From NCBI GenBank assembly GCA_963674595.2, contig CAXXFV010000009.1, positions 96,001-160,000 of the forward strand: a stretch of 64,000 nt of DNA. Reading direction: 5' to 3'. Of the stretch, positions 52,506-63,231 are shown one piece after another. The stretch's first letter is position 1. Every line of letters begins with the position of its first letter. This DNA comes from a bacterium. Its GTDB lineage: Bacteria > Zhuqueibacterota > Zhuqueibacteria > Residuimicrobiales > Krinioviventaceae. Under the pieces are notes generated by a model. It saw only the letters and a list, made by a program, of their open reading frames with translations, did no database searches and had not been told where the DNA came from. The translations under genes and the position numbers were made by a program.

Positions 52506-52757
52506 AAGCTCTATTTTTGGAGCTTTTTTATTTTTATTATGGGTGAATTACCCACAAAATATGATCCTCGGATATTTGATATATTTTTAAAATTTGCTTG
52601 CTCAGGTTTAATAAAATTTGTATTATTTAATTGACTTGATCAACACAGAGGGATTAAAATATAACGGACTACATGACTGCATTGTACTAACCGAAGACTA
52701 GGGAGTATCCCGAACCTACCTTCCATAGTGCATTGTCTCTCATGGGTCCGTTTTTTT
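52506..52757 (+). ncRNA. Terminator, promoter related to the repeat copies, and putative ~125-nt hairpin sRNA
   Basis: AAGCTC/GAGCTT-T-run; TTGCTC-17-TATTAT (52598-52626); long irregular stem AACGGAC...GTCCGTT then T-run. Confidence 0.45.
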
Positions 52758-52890
52758 ATTGCAATTCCATCCAAGAGAAACTGCCTTATCTCAAGCTATG
52801 GGTGTATTACCCACAAAATATTGATTAATTACCCCTATTCTGCTATATATAGAATGTGTTGTTTAAATATATTCTATATATGGGCAGTTA

Positions 52891-53598
52891 ATGAACCTTC
52901 CAAAATTCAATCTTAATAAATATTTCCCACCAAAACAATCCAACAATGTTATTGTTAAATCCCAACTTTATTCTGCAAGTGACAGCCCGTTTCAGACCTA
53001 TTTAAACGGATATGAGCCGTTACGGTACAATTTAAAGATTTACAATATTCTCCGCGAAGCCATCCCTATTTTAGATGTTGCTGTGTTAAAGCTTCGGAGA
53101 TTGATCGGGGATTTTGAATATCGTTGTGATAATCCGAACGTTTTAAAAGCTTTGAACAACTTTAAAAAAGAAATCAAGGTCGGATATTTTCACAAAGGAC
53201 TACACGGGTGTTTACAACAAGTCTATGATTCAGCTCTGGCAAATGGTTATGGTGTCTTTGAGACAGTTCCTTTTGCCGGGTTAAATGGTGTTGACCGGTT
53301 AAAAGTCGGTGATGCTTCAAAGGTCCGTTTTATCCGGAAAGACGGCAGACTGTGGTTGGCTTCCATATCTCATGATGCTGCAAAACCTGTTATTTTAGAA
53401 CACCCGGAATTTGTTCAGTATTTGACATTTGATTTAAGAGACGGCCATCCCCAGGGTGTGAGTCTGTTTAATTCCATGCCTTTTGTTGCTGAGATATTAT
53501 TAAGAATTCAGCAATCGATAAAGAATGCTGTTGTCAGGATCGGTGATCCGACATTTGTGTTACTGATTGAAGGAGGGGTCTCAATCGTTCCGTGGTAA
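52891..53598 (+). pseudogene. Phage portal protein, C-terminally truncated
   Basis: IYNILREAIPILDVAVLKLRRLIGDF, HPQGVSLF, SMPFVAEILLRIQQSI...RIGDP; sequence becomes unrelated after LLIEGG; 235 aa is short for a portal. Confidence 0.7.
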
Positions 53599-53900
53599 TT
53601 AGGCCTTTTCATGTTTTCACTGTCTCAATCTCAGCGGAGCGTAGCGACGCAAGGCCGCCCTCCATAGATTATTGATTTTGAAACATTGCAAAGCAAGCCA
53701 TAGAGAACAATCCTTTCGAACTCGCCACAAACGGCCCCTCCGTGGTGATTAGGTCTATTTCTACTTAATTCGAGTGATTTCTCGTTTTTTATTGTTACAT
53801 TAATTCATAGTAACTAAAATCATTAAAACCATTTAATGGAATTGTGTTTAATGCCTCTTTTGGACTAGACCAGGTTCACATTATTTTTTTTAAATGAGGT

Positions 53901-54578
53901 TTGAAAAAACTCTTGAAATTAAAATCTATTAGTATTTTTATTGCAGATGATAATTGTCTGCTCCTTGAAGGTCTCGTCTCCATGTTAAAAGAACAGAGGG
54001 ATTTTACTGTTTTAGGCACCGCATCCTGCGGTCAGAATGCTATTGAACAAATAATTGAATTACAACCCGATGTAGCACTTATAGACATTGGCATGCCTGA
54101 CAAAGACGGGCTGGAAGTGACACAAATTTTGCATCAGAAATTACCCAAAATAAAAGTGATTATTCTTGGTTTGGTAGATTTGACTGATGAAATTATGGCC
54201 TGTATCGAAGCCGGGGCAACAGGATATGTATTAAAAGAAGACTCTTTTGAGCACCTGGTTGACACGATTCGAGCTGTTTACCAAAATGAAACATTCTGTT
54301 CACCCCGCATGGCGGCTTCGCTTTTCTCACGGATTGTCGAGTTGACAAAAGAAACCAGGGGACAAATACCAACAAATTCTGTAAACCTTACAGGGCGGGA
54401 GCTGGATGTAATAAATCTGATTGCAGAAGGCCTGCCGAATAAAGAAATTGCCAAACGGCTTTTTATAGAAACACAGACAGTAAAAAATCATATCCATAAC
54501 ATTCTTGACAAGCTGCAATTGCATAACCGCTTTGAAGCTGTAAACTATGCCCGTGAACGCAGTCTGTTAAAAAAATAA
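53901..54578 (+). CDS. NarL/LuxR-family response regulator
   Basis: IADD, DIGMP, GYVLK, LTGRE...GLPNKEIA...TVKNHIHNILDKL. Confidence 0.92.
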   Translation: MKKLLKLKSISIFIADDNCLLLEGLVSMLKEQRDFTVLGTASCGQNAIEQIIELQPDVALIDIGMPDKDGLEVTQILHQKLPKIKVIILGLVDLTDEIMACIEAGATGYVLKEDSFEHLVDTIRAVYQNETFCSPRMAASLFSRIVELTKETRGQIPTNSVNLTGRELDVINLIAEGLPNKEIAKRLFIETQTVKNHIHNILDKLQLHNRFEAVNYARERSLLKK

Positions 54579-55103
54579 ATATGGGTCTCCCTTTTAAAGT
54601 ACTGGTACTTTTTGCATAAACTTCAAATCCGGTCTATCTCAAGTCTGGTCCCTTTCATAGTTCCATATTGAACCCTGGGGTCTATTGTTTCTCAACACTA
54701 AAATGCTGATATTATCAGGTATTTTATTTAAAAGAATGTCGTACCGAAAACTAATGTAATGTTTAAGTCGCCGATCTTGTATAACTTATTTTCGCCCCCA
54801 GAGAAATATCTATAAATATAGTCATCATTATACCACTAAAAGTAAACGGCGATCCTAAAATTTGCAGCCAATTACTTAAAGAACATCCACAATTAAAAAT
54901 TTTATACTAACAGTTGAGTACCAAGCTGTCTATATTTATTAAACAGGTTCATCAAGAAAATGCTTCAATTAACCTTCAGGGCAAACAATAGTAGATGTTA
55001 TCCGAGAATTGTTACAATTGTAACCGAAAAAATAAACTATTATCAATTGCGAGTGTTGGGATTAACTTTTAATACTTAGTTGCCAATAAGAAAGGAGTAA
55101 AAA

Positions 55104-55229
55104 ATGGACAACAAGGGCAAGAAAAATCAAAATAAAAGAATAAAACAAAAGTCAAAGCAAAAGGAAACCAAAGTTAAAAAGAAGGTGGTAAGAAATCAGA
55201 CGGCAGTGTTAGGGGACGACAAAAAATAA
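55104..55229 (+). CDS. 41-aa Lys-rich small protein (below the ORF-track cutoff)
   Basis: AAGGAG RBS; MDNKGKKNQNKRIKQKSKQKETKVKKKVVRNQTAVLGDDKK. Confidence 0.55.
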   Translation: MDNKGKKNQNKRIKQKSKQKETKVKKKVVRNQTAVLGDDKK

Positions 55230-55767
55230 TTCCTTCTACGGATGAAAATCCTGTTCAAAATCATTCTTTTAAATAAAGGTAAATGTATCAATCAACACGT
55301 AACATTTATACAAAAACAATAGGTCCGAAAAGATTAAGTCTGGAAAAAGAGTATGGTGGTAAAAATGCAGAACGAAGGCAATATTATATTTGTAGGAATA
55401 AAAACAGTAAAAATCTGCACGATTAGCTTAATTCCAGTAAAGTATCTAAGAGACCTTTTTTCAGGAACAATGATCCCGAATTTCTCCAAGTGTTGTAAAT
55501 TGATTTCAAAGATTATATCATTAAAATTAGTAAAAGCTGGTCTTCTTTCGAAAATTTAAACAACTTGCTTCTGAATTTAAAAACCATGCTTAAAATGATA
55601 ACGTAATCAAAATATATGCACATACATCATTGCCGAATAGAACCTATAATTAGGGAATATTTCCATTATAATTCGGCTCAAAAATATTTATCGAGAATCA
55701 GCAGCGATACTTGGGAACTTTAATTAAATGAAATTCGATTATAAACGTTTAAATCAAAACGGAGAAT

Positions 55768-56046
55768 ATGATGAATATTTATGTTGGCAACCTATCACAT
55801 AATGTCAGTGAAGAGGATTTAAAACAATCGTTTGGAACCTTTGGGCAGATAGAATCAGTATCTATTGTCAAGGACAAATACAGCGGCGAATCACGAGGCT
55901 TTGGATTCGTAAAAATGCCGGTTAAAAATGAAGCACAATTGGCCATCGACGGCTTAAATGGCAAGGACTTGAAAGGAAAAAGTCTTAATGTCAATGAGGC
56001 CCGTTCTCGATCGGACAACAGCCGTAGTGAAGGGCAACGCTACTAA
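55768..56046 (+). CDS. RRM RNA-binding protein
   Basis: RNP2 IYVGNL, RNP1 RGFGFVKM, VNEAR. Confidence 0.93.
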   Translation: MMNIYVGNLSHNVSEEDLKQSFGTFGQIESVSIVKDKYSGESRGFGFVKMPVKNEAQLAIDGLNGKDLKGKSLNVNEARSRSDNSRSEGQRY

Positions 56047-56189
56047 AAATTAGCGTTTTTTCATAGGATGTAAACGCTTTGTAGGTGTACAATACCTTAT
56101 CGCTACTTAAACTCAATCGTCCGGATTTTTAGAATCATTCAAGTCAAAGCTTGATAATGACTGAGTGTAAAAACTGACGCAGAGCCTTC

Positions 56190-56346
56190 TGCGTATTCCG
56201 GAAGTCTGCAACTAGTTCCGGCTGAAAGTTTACCACTGGACAATCCAAACCTTTAGACAATTTTTATTTATAGAGGTGGCAGTTTTCAGCCGGATTGGGT
56301 GGCAACTTTCACCGGAATGGGTGGCAATTTTACTCCGGAATATGCA
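56190..56346. mobile_element. IS21-family-derived MITE (157 bp)
   Basis: Ends TGCGTATTCCGG / CCGGAATATGCA, internal tandem GGTGGCA..TTT..CCGGA repeats, near-perfect 5-bp flanks CCTTC/ACTTC. Confidence 0.75.
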
Positions 56347-56420
56347 ACTTCTTATCCAACAGGGACTTGGCCGCTGCCCATAGAATTATTTGGTTATCCA
56401 CAACAGAAAGGAGAGAAATA

Positions 56421-57539
56421 ATGACTCGACAAAACATATCGCTCGGAAAGGTCATGGGAATTCCTATTAGCCTGGATTATTCCTGGTTTCTGATTTTTGC
56501 ACTACTGACGTGGACACTGGGGACCAGTTACTATCCCGCCGAGTTTAAGAACTGGTCACCGCTGCTATATTGGTTCATGGGATCGGTAACGGCCATTATG
56601 CTCTTTATAAGCGTGCTGCTTCATGAGTTGGGACACTCTGCGATCGCTCTGCGGTACAAGATTCCTGTACGCAGCATCACGCTTTTCCTTTTTGGAGGAG
56701 TCGCACACATTGGGGCTGAACCGCCCAGTGCCGTTGCCGAGTTTCGTATCGCGATCGCGGGTCCCCTCGTGAGTTTAATTCTGGCAGTCTGTTTCTACGT
56801 GGTGCAGCCAGTGGTGGCAGGTATAGAACCTCTCATGGGTCTGGTAAAGTATCTGGCCTATATTAACCTGGCGTTGGTGATTTTCAATCTAATCCCTGGT
56901 TACCCACTGGATGGCGGCCGTGTGTTTCGTGCGATTGTCTGGGCTGTTACGAAGAATATGCGTCGCGCCACTCTTGTTGCTGCCAATGTAGGCCGGTTCT
57001 TTGGTTTCCTGTTCATTTTTATTGGGGTCTGGCAGATGTTCACAGGAAACTTTAGCGGCGGACTTTGGATCGCTTTTATAGGTTGGTTTCTCGACCATGC
57101 CGCCTCGGCGCAAGTACATCAAGTTTCGTCTCAGAGTTTATTAGCGGGCCATACCGTATCGCAAGCGATGAGCAGTCACTGTGCCGCTGTTCCTGAAGAC
57201 CTGACGCTGCAAAAATTGGTGGACGATCATATCCTCGGTAGTGCACAGCGCTGTTTCCTTGTCAACCGAGGAGAAAAATCCGTCGGTATGATGACACTGC
57301 ACCGGATAAAGGAAGTGTCGCGGCCTGACTGGGCCACGACGCGAGCGGGCCAGGTCATGCTTCCTTTAGAACAGCTAAAATGTACCAGTCCTGATGCTGA
57401 ACTTTGGGCTGCTCTTCAACAGATGGATCGCGATGGGGTCAACCAGTTGCCTGTCACGCGGGATAGCCGCATCATTGGTATGCTAAGCCGGGAAGATGTT
57501 ATTACCTTCCTGCGCACGTTGCAGGAACTCGGTAACTGA
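56421..57539 (+). CDS. Site-2 protease (M50) with tandem CBS domains
   Basis: HELGH, AGPLVS, FNLIPGYPLDGG, two CBS domains; AGGAG RBS before ATG 56421. Confidence 0.92.
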   Translation: MTRQNISLGKVMGIPISLDYSWFLIFALLTWTLGTSYYPAEFKNWSPLLYWFMGSVTAIMLFISVLLHELGHSAIALRYKIPVRSITLFLFGGVAHIGAEPPSAVAEFRIAIAGPLVSLILAVCFYVVQPVVAGIEPLMGLVKYLAYINLALVIFNLIPGYPLDGGRVFRAIVWAVTKNMRRATLVAANVGRFFGFLFIFIGVWQMFTGNFSGGLWIAFIGWFLDHAASAQVHQVSSQSLLAGHTVSQAMSSHCAAVPEDLTLQKLVDDHILGSAQRCFLVNRGEKSVGMMTLHRIKEVSRPDWATTRAGQVMLPLEQLKCTSPDAELWAALQQMDRDGVNQLPVTRDSRIIGMLSREDVITFLRTLQELGN

Positions 57540-57861
57540 CCGGCAACGCACGTGAATAATTGGTTATTGAACAGTAGTGCAAATAAATATATATCAAAAT
57601 ATTGTGAGAATAATTAACTTTTTATAAGTTGATTAACCGAATAATTTTTAAAAATTTATAGTTTCTCTTATAAAATTAGTTTCGTTGACACAACGAATCT
57701 GCAACACTAAAAGAAAGCAATTTCAGTTGACACAAGGGCTGTATTTAATTTTAAAGAAAATTGAAAAAATCGCCATTATACATGTTGCTTGCCTGAATTT
57801 TGCGGCACAGCATCCAGGTTATATTCATTATTATTAAAACACCAATTCTATAGGACAAAAC

Positions 57862-58806
57862 ATGTCTGATAAAATTTTTAGATGTAGAATGGATTTTTTA
57901 CCAGAAATAATTTCAATTGATGATGAATCTAATTCCTTAACGGTACTACTAAAACCCGACCCTATGAGATATGAGTGGCGAAAAGCAGAACAAAAAAAAT
58001 ATTTATATGACAAACTTGATAATATTCTATGCCCTGAACAAGTCTTTTATGATTTATCCAGACAAATAGTAAATCATCGCATCTCTTTGCAATCTCAAGA
58101 AATTGATGACATACCAATATGTACAGATTTCAGTAAACCTTTTATCGAAAAGGTTCTTAAAGGACAACAAATAGCACCCAGGTTGGAGGATAAATCAGAG
58201 GAATTTTTACAGTCTCTTGAAAGTGATAAATTGACTTTTGCTATCATTTCATTAGATGTTGTTGGTTCAACATCTCTATCTATTTCTCTGAATCCCAGTA
58301 CTTATGCAAATTTAATCTCTGTTGTTTTATGGAAATTAAGTGCAATTATCCCAAAATTTCATGGGCATGTTTTAAAATATACCGGTGATGGTCTTATTGC
58401 ATACTTTCCAGAGCCAGGTTTTATTACAAAAAACGATCTAGCCGTTGATTGTGCCGTGGCATTGAGACGAGTGATATATAAAGGATTGGATACAATATTT
58501 AAAGAGTTTGGTTGCCCTCCGATTGAAGTAAGAATCGGTATTGATACCGGTGAAGCATTTATTAAAATCATTGGCGATCCTAGTACCAAACAACACAAAG
58601 ATATAATCGGTGCTGTCGTCAGCCTGGCTGCAAAAATACAGGCTGTTACCAAACCAGGTGAAATATACATGGGAGAAACGACCTGTAGAAATTTACACAA
58701 TATGTGGAAAGAGAATATTGAGCTTGTTGAATTGAGTGATTACTGGAATTATAAAGGTAAAGACGGAAATATGTATAAGGTATATAAAATTAAATTTATA
58801 GAGTAG
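57862..58806 (+). CDS. Class III nucleotide cyclase with unknown N-terminal domain
   Basis: SLDVVGST, KYTGDG, RIGIDTGE, DIIGAVVSLAAKIQ. Confidence 0.85.
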   Translation: MSDKIFRCRMDFLPEIISIDDESNSLTVLLKPDPMRYEWRKAEQKKYLYDKLDNILCPEQVFYDLSRQIVNHRISLQSQEIDDIPICTDFSKPFIEKVLKGQQIAPRLEDKSEEFLQSLESDKLTFAIISLDVVGSTSLSISLNPSTYANLISVVLWKLSAIIPKFHGHVLKYTGDGLIAYFPEPGFITKNDLAVDCAVALRRVIYKGLDTIFKEFGCPPIEVRIGIDTGEAFIKIIGDPSTKQHKDIIGAVVSLAAKIQAVTKPGEIYMGETTCRNLHNMWKENIELVELSDYWNYKGKDGNMYKVYKIKFIE

Positions 58807-59193
58807 TTTTAATAATGTTGGTAAACATTTAAAAACGATATTTTGTAAATGAAAGACCGGCACAAAATAAATTAGCATACTATTTGGCTATTTTAAAAAA
58901 TGTGTAGCAAATTTGTAGTACCTGAAAATAGTAAATATTTGCTTTTTACTGTTGAATTAAGGTTAAAATCGTTTGTGATTTTAATTTATAATTTTTATAA
59001 TTAATTGTACAGGTTAAATAGGCGAGGAATTGACTGATCCTGTCATTGGGAATTGAAACAGCCTTTGGCGCAAATCTATAGATGATGTAATAAATAGTTT
59101 TTTTTAATGGATTTCGGCTTTGATTACTGATAGATACTTGAAAAACAAGAACCGATATTAATAAAATATTCATTTTTGGTCAGGATAATAATT

Positions 59194-59850
59194 GTGTCAA
59201 AAATACAGATTTTGTTAATCGAAGACAACAACCTTCTGAGAGAAGGTATCGCTGCCATGCTCAACGATCATAGTGAATTCAAAGTCATCGCAAAATCTGA
59301 AGATGGTGATGCGTTGCTTCAGGTAAAGAGCCTGAGGCAGCCCCCCGATGTTGTCCTTTTGGATCTGGGTCTGGAAAAAGTTAATAGTTTAAAGTTGATG
59401 GTCGTTCTTAAGAAAGAATTACCCACGACAAAGGTCATCGCAATGGACATTCTCCCCGATCACGTCGATATTATTGAGTTTGTGAAAGCCGGGGGATCCG
59501 GATTCATTCTTAAAAATGCCCCTTTAATGGATTGGATCGAAACCATCAAGATTGTCGCAACAGGTGAAAAAGTATTGCCCCCGGTTTTGACCCAATCACT
59601 CTTTACACAGATCGTCGATTTAGCCCTCAAAAAGAACCAGGGCATACCCACCGACTCTTACCAATTTACGAGTCGAGAACATCAAGTCGTCGATCTGATT
59701 GCGAAAGGCCTGAGCAACAAAGAAATTGCTGAATCACTCCACATCGCCACCTATACTGTCAAGAGCCATGTGCACAATATCCTGGAAAAGCTGGAACTCA
59801 GCACACGTCTGCAGATAGCGGCCTTTGTTCGCAAGGGAGAATCCGAATGA
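59194..59850 (+). CDS. NarL/LuxR-family response regulator
   Basis: LIEDN, LLDLGL, GFILK, TSREHQV...GLSNKEIA...TVKSHVHNILEKL. Confidence 0.92.
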   Translation: MSKIQILLIEDNNLLREGIAAMLNDHSEFKVIAKSEDGDALLQVKSLRQPPDVVLLDLGLEKVNSLKLMVVLKKELPTTKVIAMDILPDHVDIIEFVKAGGSGFILKNAPLMDWIETIKIVATGEKVLPPVLTQSLFTQIVDLALKKNQGIPTDSYQFTSREHQVVDLIAKGLSNKEIAESLHIATYTVKSHVHNILEKLELSTRLQIAAFVRKGESE

Positions 59851-60142
59851 TCGGGTTCACATACTTATAATCATTCACTTTTTAAAAAACATTACATCAC
59901 CCCCTCCTGCTTTATCTCCTGAATAACGCATTTTTAAATTTCCTGAATATTATCTCATGTTTTTCCCTACAAGGAATTAGTTCTTTATAGTACTAAAGAA
60001 CGAGTTCCTTTTTCATCCTTTTGGGCGATTGACTTTAGGGTTGAATTTGATTAACTACTATTATCAACAAAATTATACAATGAAACATATAGTGATGACA
60101 TAGATATTTAAAATCAAGTCAAAAAAAATAAGAGACCAAACA

Positions 60143-60748
60143 ATGCAACTGAGCATTCATTATTATGTCCTGTTATTGAGCGAACAAATGAGCAGGCTTT
60201 ACGAGGGATTTCGAGACAAACTCATTGATATTCAAAACACGCATTTTCCGTTTGAAACTACAATTGATGTTGGTAATCCTGCCTCCAAAGACATACAATT
60301 GAAAAAATTTTATCACCAAACAGACCAGCACTTTGCCCATTATTATAAACAAGATCCACTTGCATTAGTGGTAGTCGGCGAAGAGAGAAGCCAGGCCATT
60401 TTTAAAACTTTGACGAAGCATAGGGATGAATATATCGGCGTGGTTGAAGGCGATTATACCACCACTTCTCTGCACGATTTGGGCAAGATTATATGGCCCG
60501 TCGTCAAGGAGGCCATCGCGGGTGTAAATAAAAATGCCATGCGTGATCTGGAAATAGCGGTCGAGAGGCATAAAGTCGTTTTCGGAATTGACTTGGTGGG
60601 CATATTGTGGACAGAGTCTTCTTTCACATATAATGTGGAAGAAGACTATCATCTAAAAGGTAGTACACGCAAAACGGATCAAGGCTTGTTAATATCAAAG
60701 TAAGTGGATATTAACAAGGTTCTTGATGATGTGGTGGATATAATCATA
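60143..60748 (+). pseudogene. Bacterial archaeo-eukaryotic release factor family (baeRF3-like) fragment
   Basis: YYVLLLSEQMSRLYEG, FPF, lacks N-terminal domain; VDINKVLDDVVDIII continues in frame after the stop at 60703. Confidence 0.55.
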
Positions 60749-60776
60749 ATAATAATTCTTATTAATTATTAAAAGT

Positions 60777-61550
60777 ATGGTGAAAAATATGAAAAAAAGA
60801 GTCGAGAAAAAAGTTATTGTCGTAACTGGTGGTGCATTGGGAATAGGACGAGAAACATGCATTTTATTAGCAAAAGAAGGTGCAAGCGTTGCCGTAACAG
60901 ATATACTTGAAAAAGAAGGTCAAGAATTAGTTGGAGAAATTAACAATATAGGTGGAACTGCAAAATTCTGGCATCTTGATGTATCTCACGAAAAAGAAGT
61001 GGAAAAGGTTTATGCCAAAGTAGTTAAAGAATTTGGGAGACTTGATGCAACTGTGAACAACGCAGGAATAGCAGGTGCAGACAAGCCAACTCATGAATTA
61101 ACTGAACATGAATGGGATGCCGTGATGAATATAAATGTTAAAGGAGTTTTCTTTTGCACTAAACATGCGGTTCTACACATGAAGAAATCAGGCGGTGGAA
61201 GTATAATAAATTTGTCCTCGATTTATGGTTTAGTTGGGGCCGGAGATATACCTCATTATCATGCTTCAAAAGGTGCTGTTAGGTTAATGACCAAAAATGA
61301 TGCGTTGATCTATGCAAAAGATAATATAAGAGTAAATTCTGTACATCCCGGATTTATTTGGACGCCATTAGTTGAAGAATTAGGTAAAAATACCCCTGGA
61401 TTTAAAGATAAACTTGACAGGTTACATCCTATAGGACATATTGGAGAATCCATAGATATAGCATATGGAATTCTTTATCTTGTATCTGACGAATCAAAAT
61501 TTGTTACTGGAAGTGAGTTAGTTATTGATGGTGGTTATACCTGTAAGTGA
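60777..61550 (+). CDS. Short-chain dehydrogenase/reductase
   Basis: TGGALGIG, NNAG, YHASK, VNSVHPG, VIDGG. Confidence 0.93.
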   Translation: MVKNMKKRVEKKVIVVTGGALGIGRETCILLAKEGASVAVTDILEKEGQELVGEINNIGGTAKFWHLDVSHEKEVEKVYAKVVKEFGRLDATVNNAGIAGADKPTHELTEHEWDAVMNINVKGVFFCTKHAVLHMKKSGGGSIINLSSIYGLVGAGDIPHYHASKGAVRLMTKNDALIYAKDNIRVNSVHPGFIWTPLVEELGKNTPGFKDKLDRLHPIGHIGESIDIAYGILYLVSDESKFVTGSELVIDGGYTCK

Positions 61551-61780
61551 TGAGTTTAAAAACGTGAGCGAACAAATGTCATTTATTATAGAGGATGAAA
61601 TGAAATATCAGACGTTTAGGTTTAAGTTAATTGATGTTCAAACTTTTGTATCCTCTTTCGGCTTAATATAATGGAGATCAAACTTGAAATGATATACACT
61701 AATTCCTCCTCATTGAAAGGCTCAGGAAAATTATTTTCATATATCCCATGTCTGGTTGAAACCTGTTACTATGGGACAAA

Positions 61781-62989
61781 ATGTTTATGATCCACCTCAA
61801 AGACTTTTATCGTAAGCTGGGAGCACTGCTTGAAAATATAGATGAAGGATGGACAAAAGAAGACTTTTTATTTTCTGTCATTTCCAAGTTGAAAAGCTCT
61901 TTCGGACAAGATTTGCATATTGGCAACGGTCGTCTTTACGTTGAGGAGTTCGATCAGTATCTTTTAGTAAGACATTCTGAACGGAATGAGACCGCAGATC
62001 AGGGAGGTTTAACAGCACTATATCTAGATATAGTACGTCTGGTGATTGGACATAGGAGTTACATTTTTGACGATCAGTCCTTGGGCATCAATAGTAAAAG
62101 CGATCAGACTAGAGACTATACCATTCCTGCTGTGTTTTTGGTTCATAATCCCGACAAGAGATGGAAATTCGTTTTTACTCTTGAAAGAGAGTGGATACGG
62201 GAAGAAATTGAATTTTGTTTAAATGCTGTACGACCATTACTGAATTATCGCCTCCACGCAACAGCAATGAAAAATAATATGCAACAAGCAACACTTGTAC
62301 GACAGAGCCTTTTGCCAAGCAGCCTGCCACAAATTGGCGGGTACGAAATAGCAGCTCAATCATATCCAGCAGAAGTCGTTGGTGGTGATTTTTATGATTT
62401 TAAAGTTTTTGATAATCAAGTGTTTAGCGTAGCGGTTGGCGATGCTAGTGGCCACGGGGTACCAGCAGCGATTATGGTCCGAGATATTGTAACAGGTTTA
62501 CACATGGGAGTAGAAAAAGAGATGAAAATGGCCGAGTCGCTGCAAAAACTAAATAATGTTTTACACCGCAGCCGTGCTCTGTCGTCAAGTTTTGTCTCAC
62601 TGTTTTATGGTGAAATAGAATGTAATGGAAATATTTTTTACGTGAATGCCAGCCACATCCTCTACCACTTTTGGTTTATAATTCAAAAGTTAGTCAACTC
62701 AATTCGACTAGGGTTATTCTCGGTGCAGTTTCTGATAACACATTACATCGTGACGCCTCAACCATTGAACCAGGTGCTGTTTTAGTTTTGGCGATGGTTT
62801 GTTTGAAAGATTCGGTCCTGATTAGGAAGATTTTGGTCTCGCTCAATTAGAAAGAATAGTTGTTCAAAATCAAAAAAAAGTGCTCAAGAGAATCTTGAAG
62901 TTATTTATTAGTCCGTTTATGCGTTCGGAAAAGATTTTAAATGGTAGGATGATGTTACTATTGTAATTATAAAAAGATTGAGTACATGA
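61781..62989 (+). pseudogene. PP2C/SpoIIE (RsbU-like) phosphatase with frameshifts and stops
   Basis: VGGDFYD, GDASGHG; after YVNA the domain continues in other frames (HPLPLLV...DGLFE...DDVTIVIIK) with internal stops. Confidence 0.8.
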
Positions 62990-63231
62990 AGGTTGCATAT
63001 GATAATATTACGTGACTGTTGCATGGATTTATAAACAACCAACTTGGTTAATTTCTGATAGTAAGGAGAAGTTGATATTGGAAAAATTTGTTGATCATGT
63101 GATGAAATATTTGGTCGATAGACTGACGTTGAAGTGTTAGAAAGAATTATCGAAAAGCCTGGTGGTTTGAATGCTGAATCTTCCACTAAATTGAAAACTT
63201 AATTCAGCGAATAAAAATAAGGAGATGTATC

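Noticed and set aside
53575-53612. GGGGTC start as a Tn3-family 38-bp inverted repeat
   Set aside because: The remainder does not match the Tn3 IR pattern and no transposase or partner IR is in the window; kept only as an unexplained junction motif
56150-56190. GACGCAGAGC resembling a c-di-GMP-I riboswitch
   Set aside because: No upstream GGCAAA/GNRA P2 stem is recognisable and the MITE follows immediately
56295-56420. N-terminal extension of the M50 protease ORF
   Set aside because: It runs through the MITE; the real start is ATG 56421 with an AGGAG RBS
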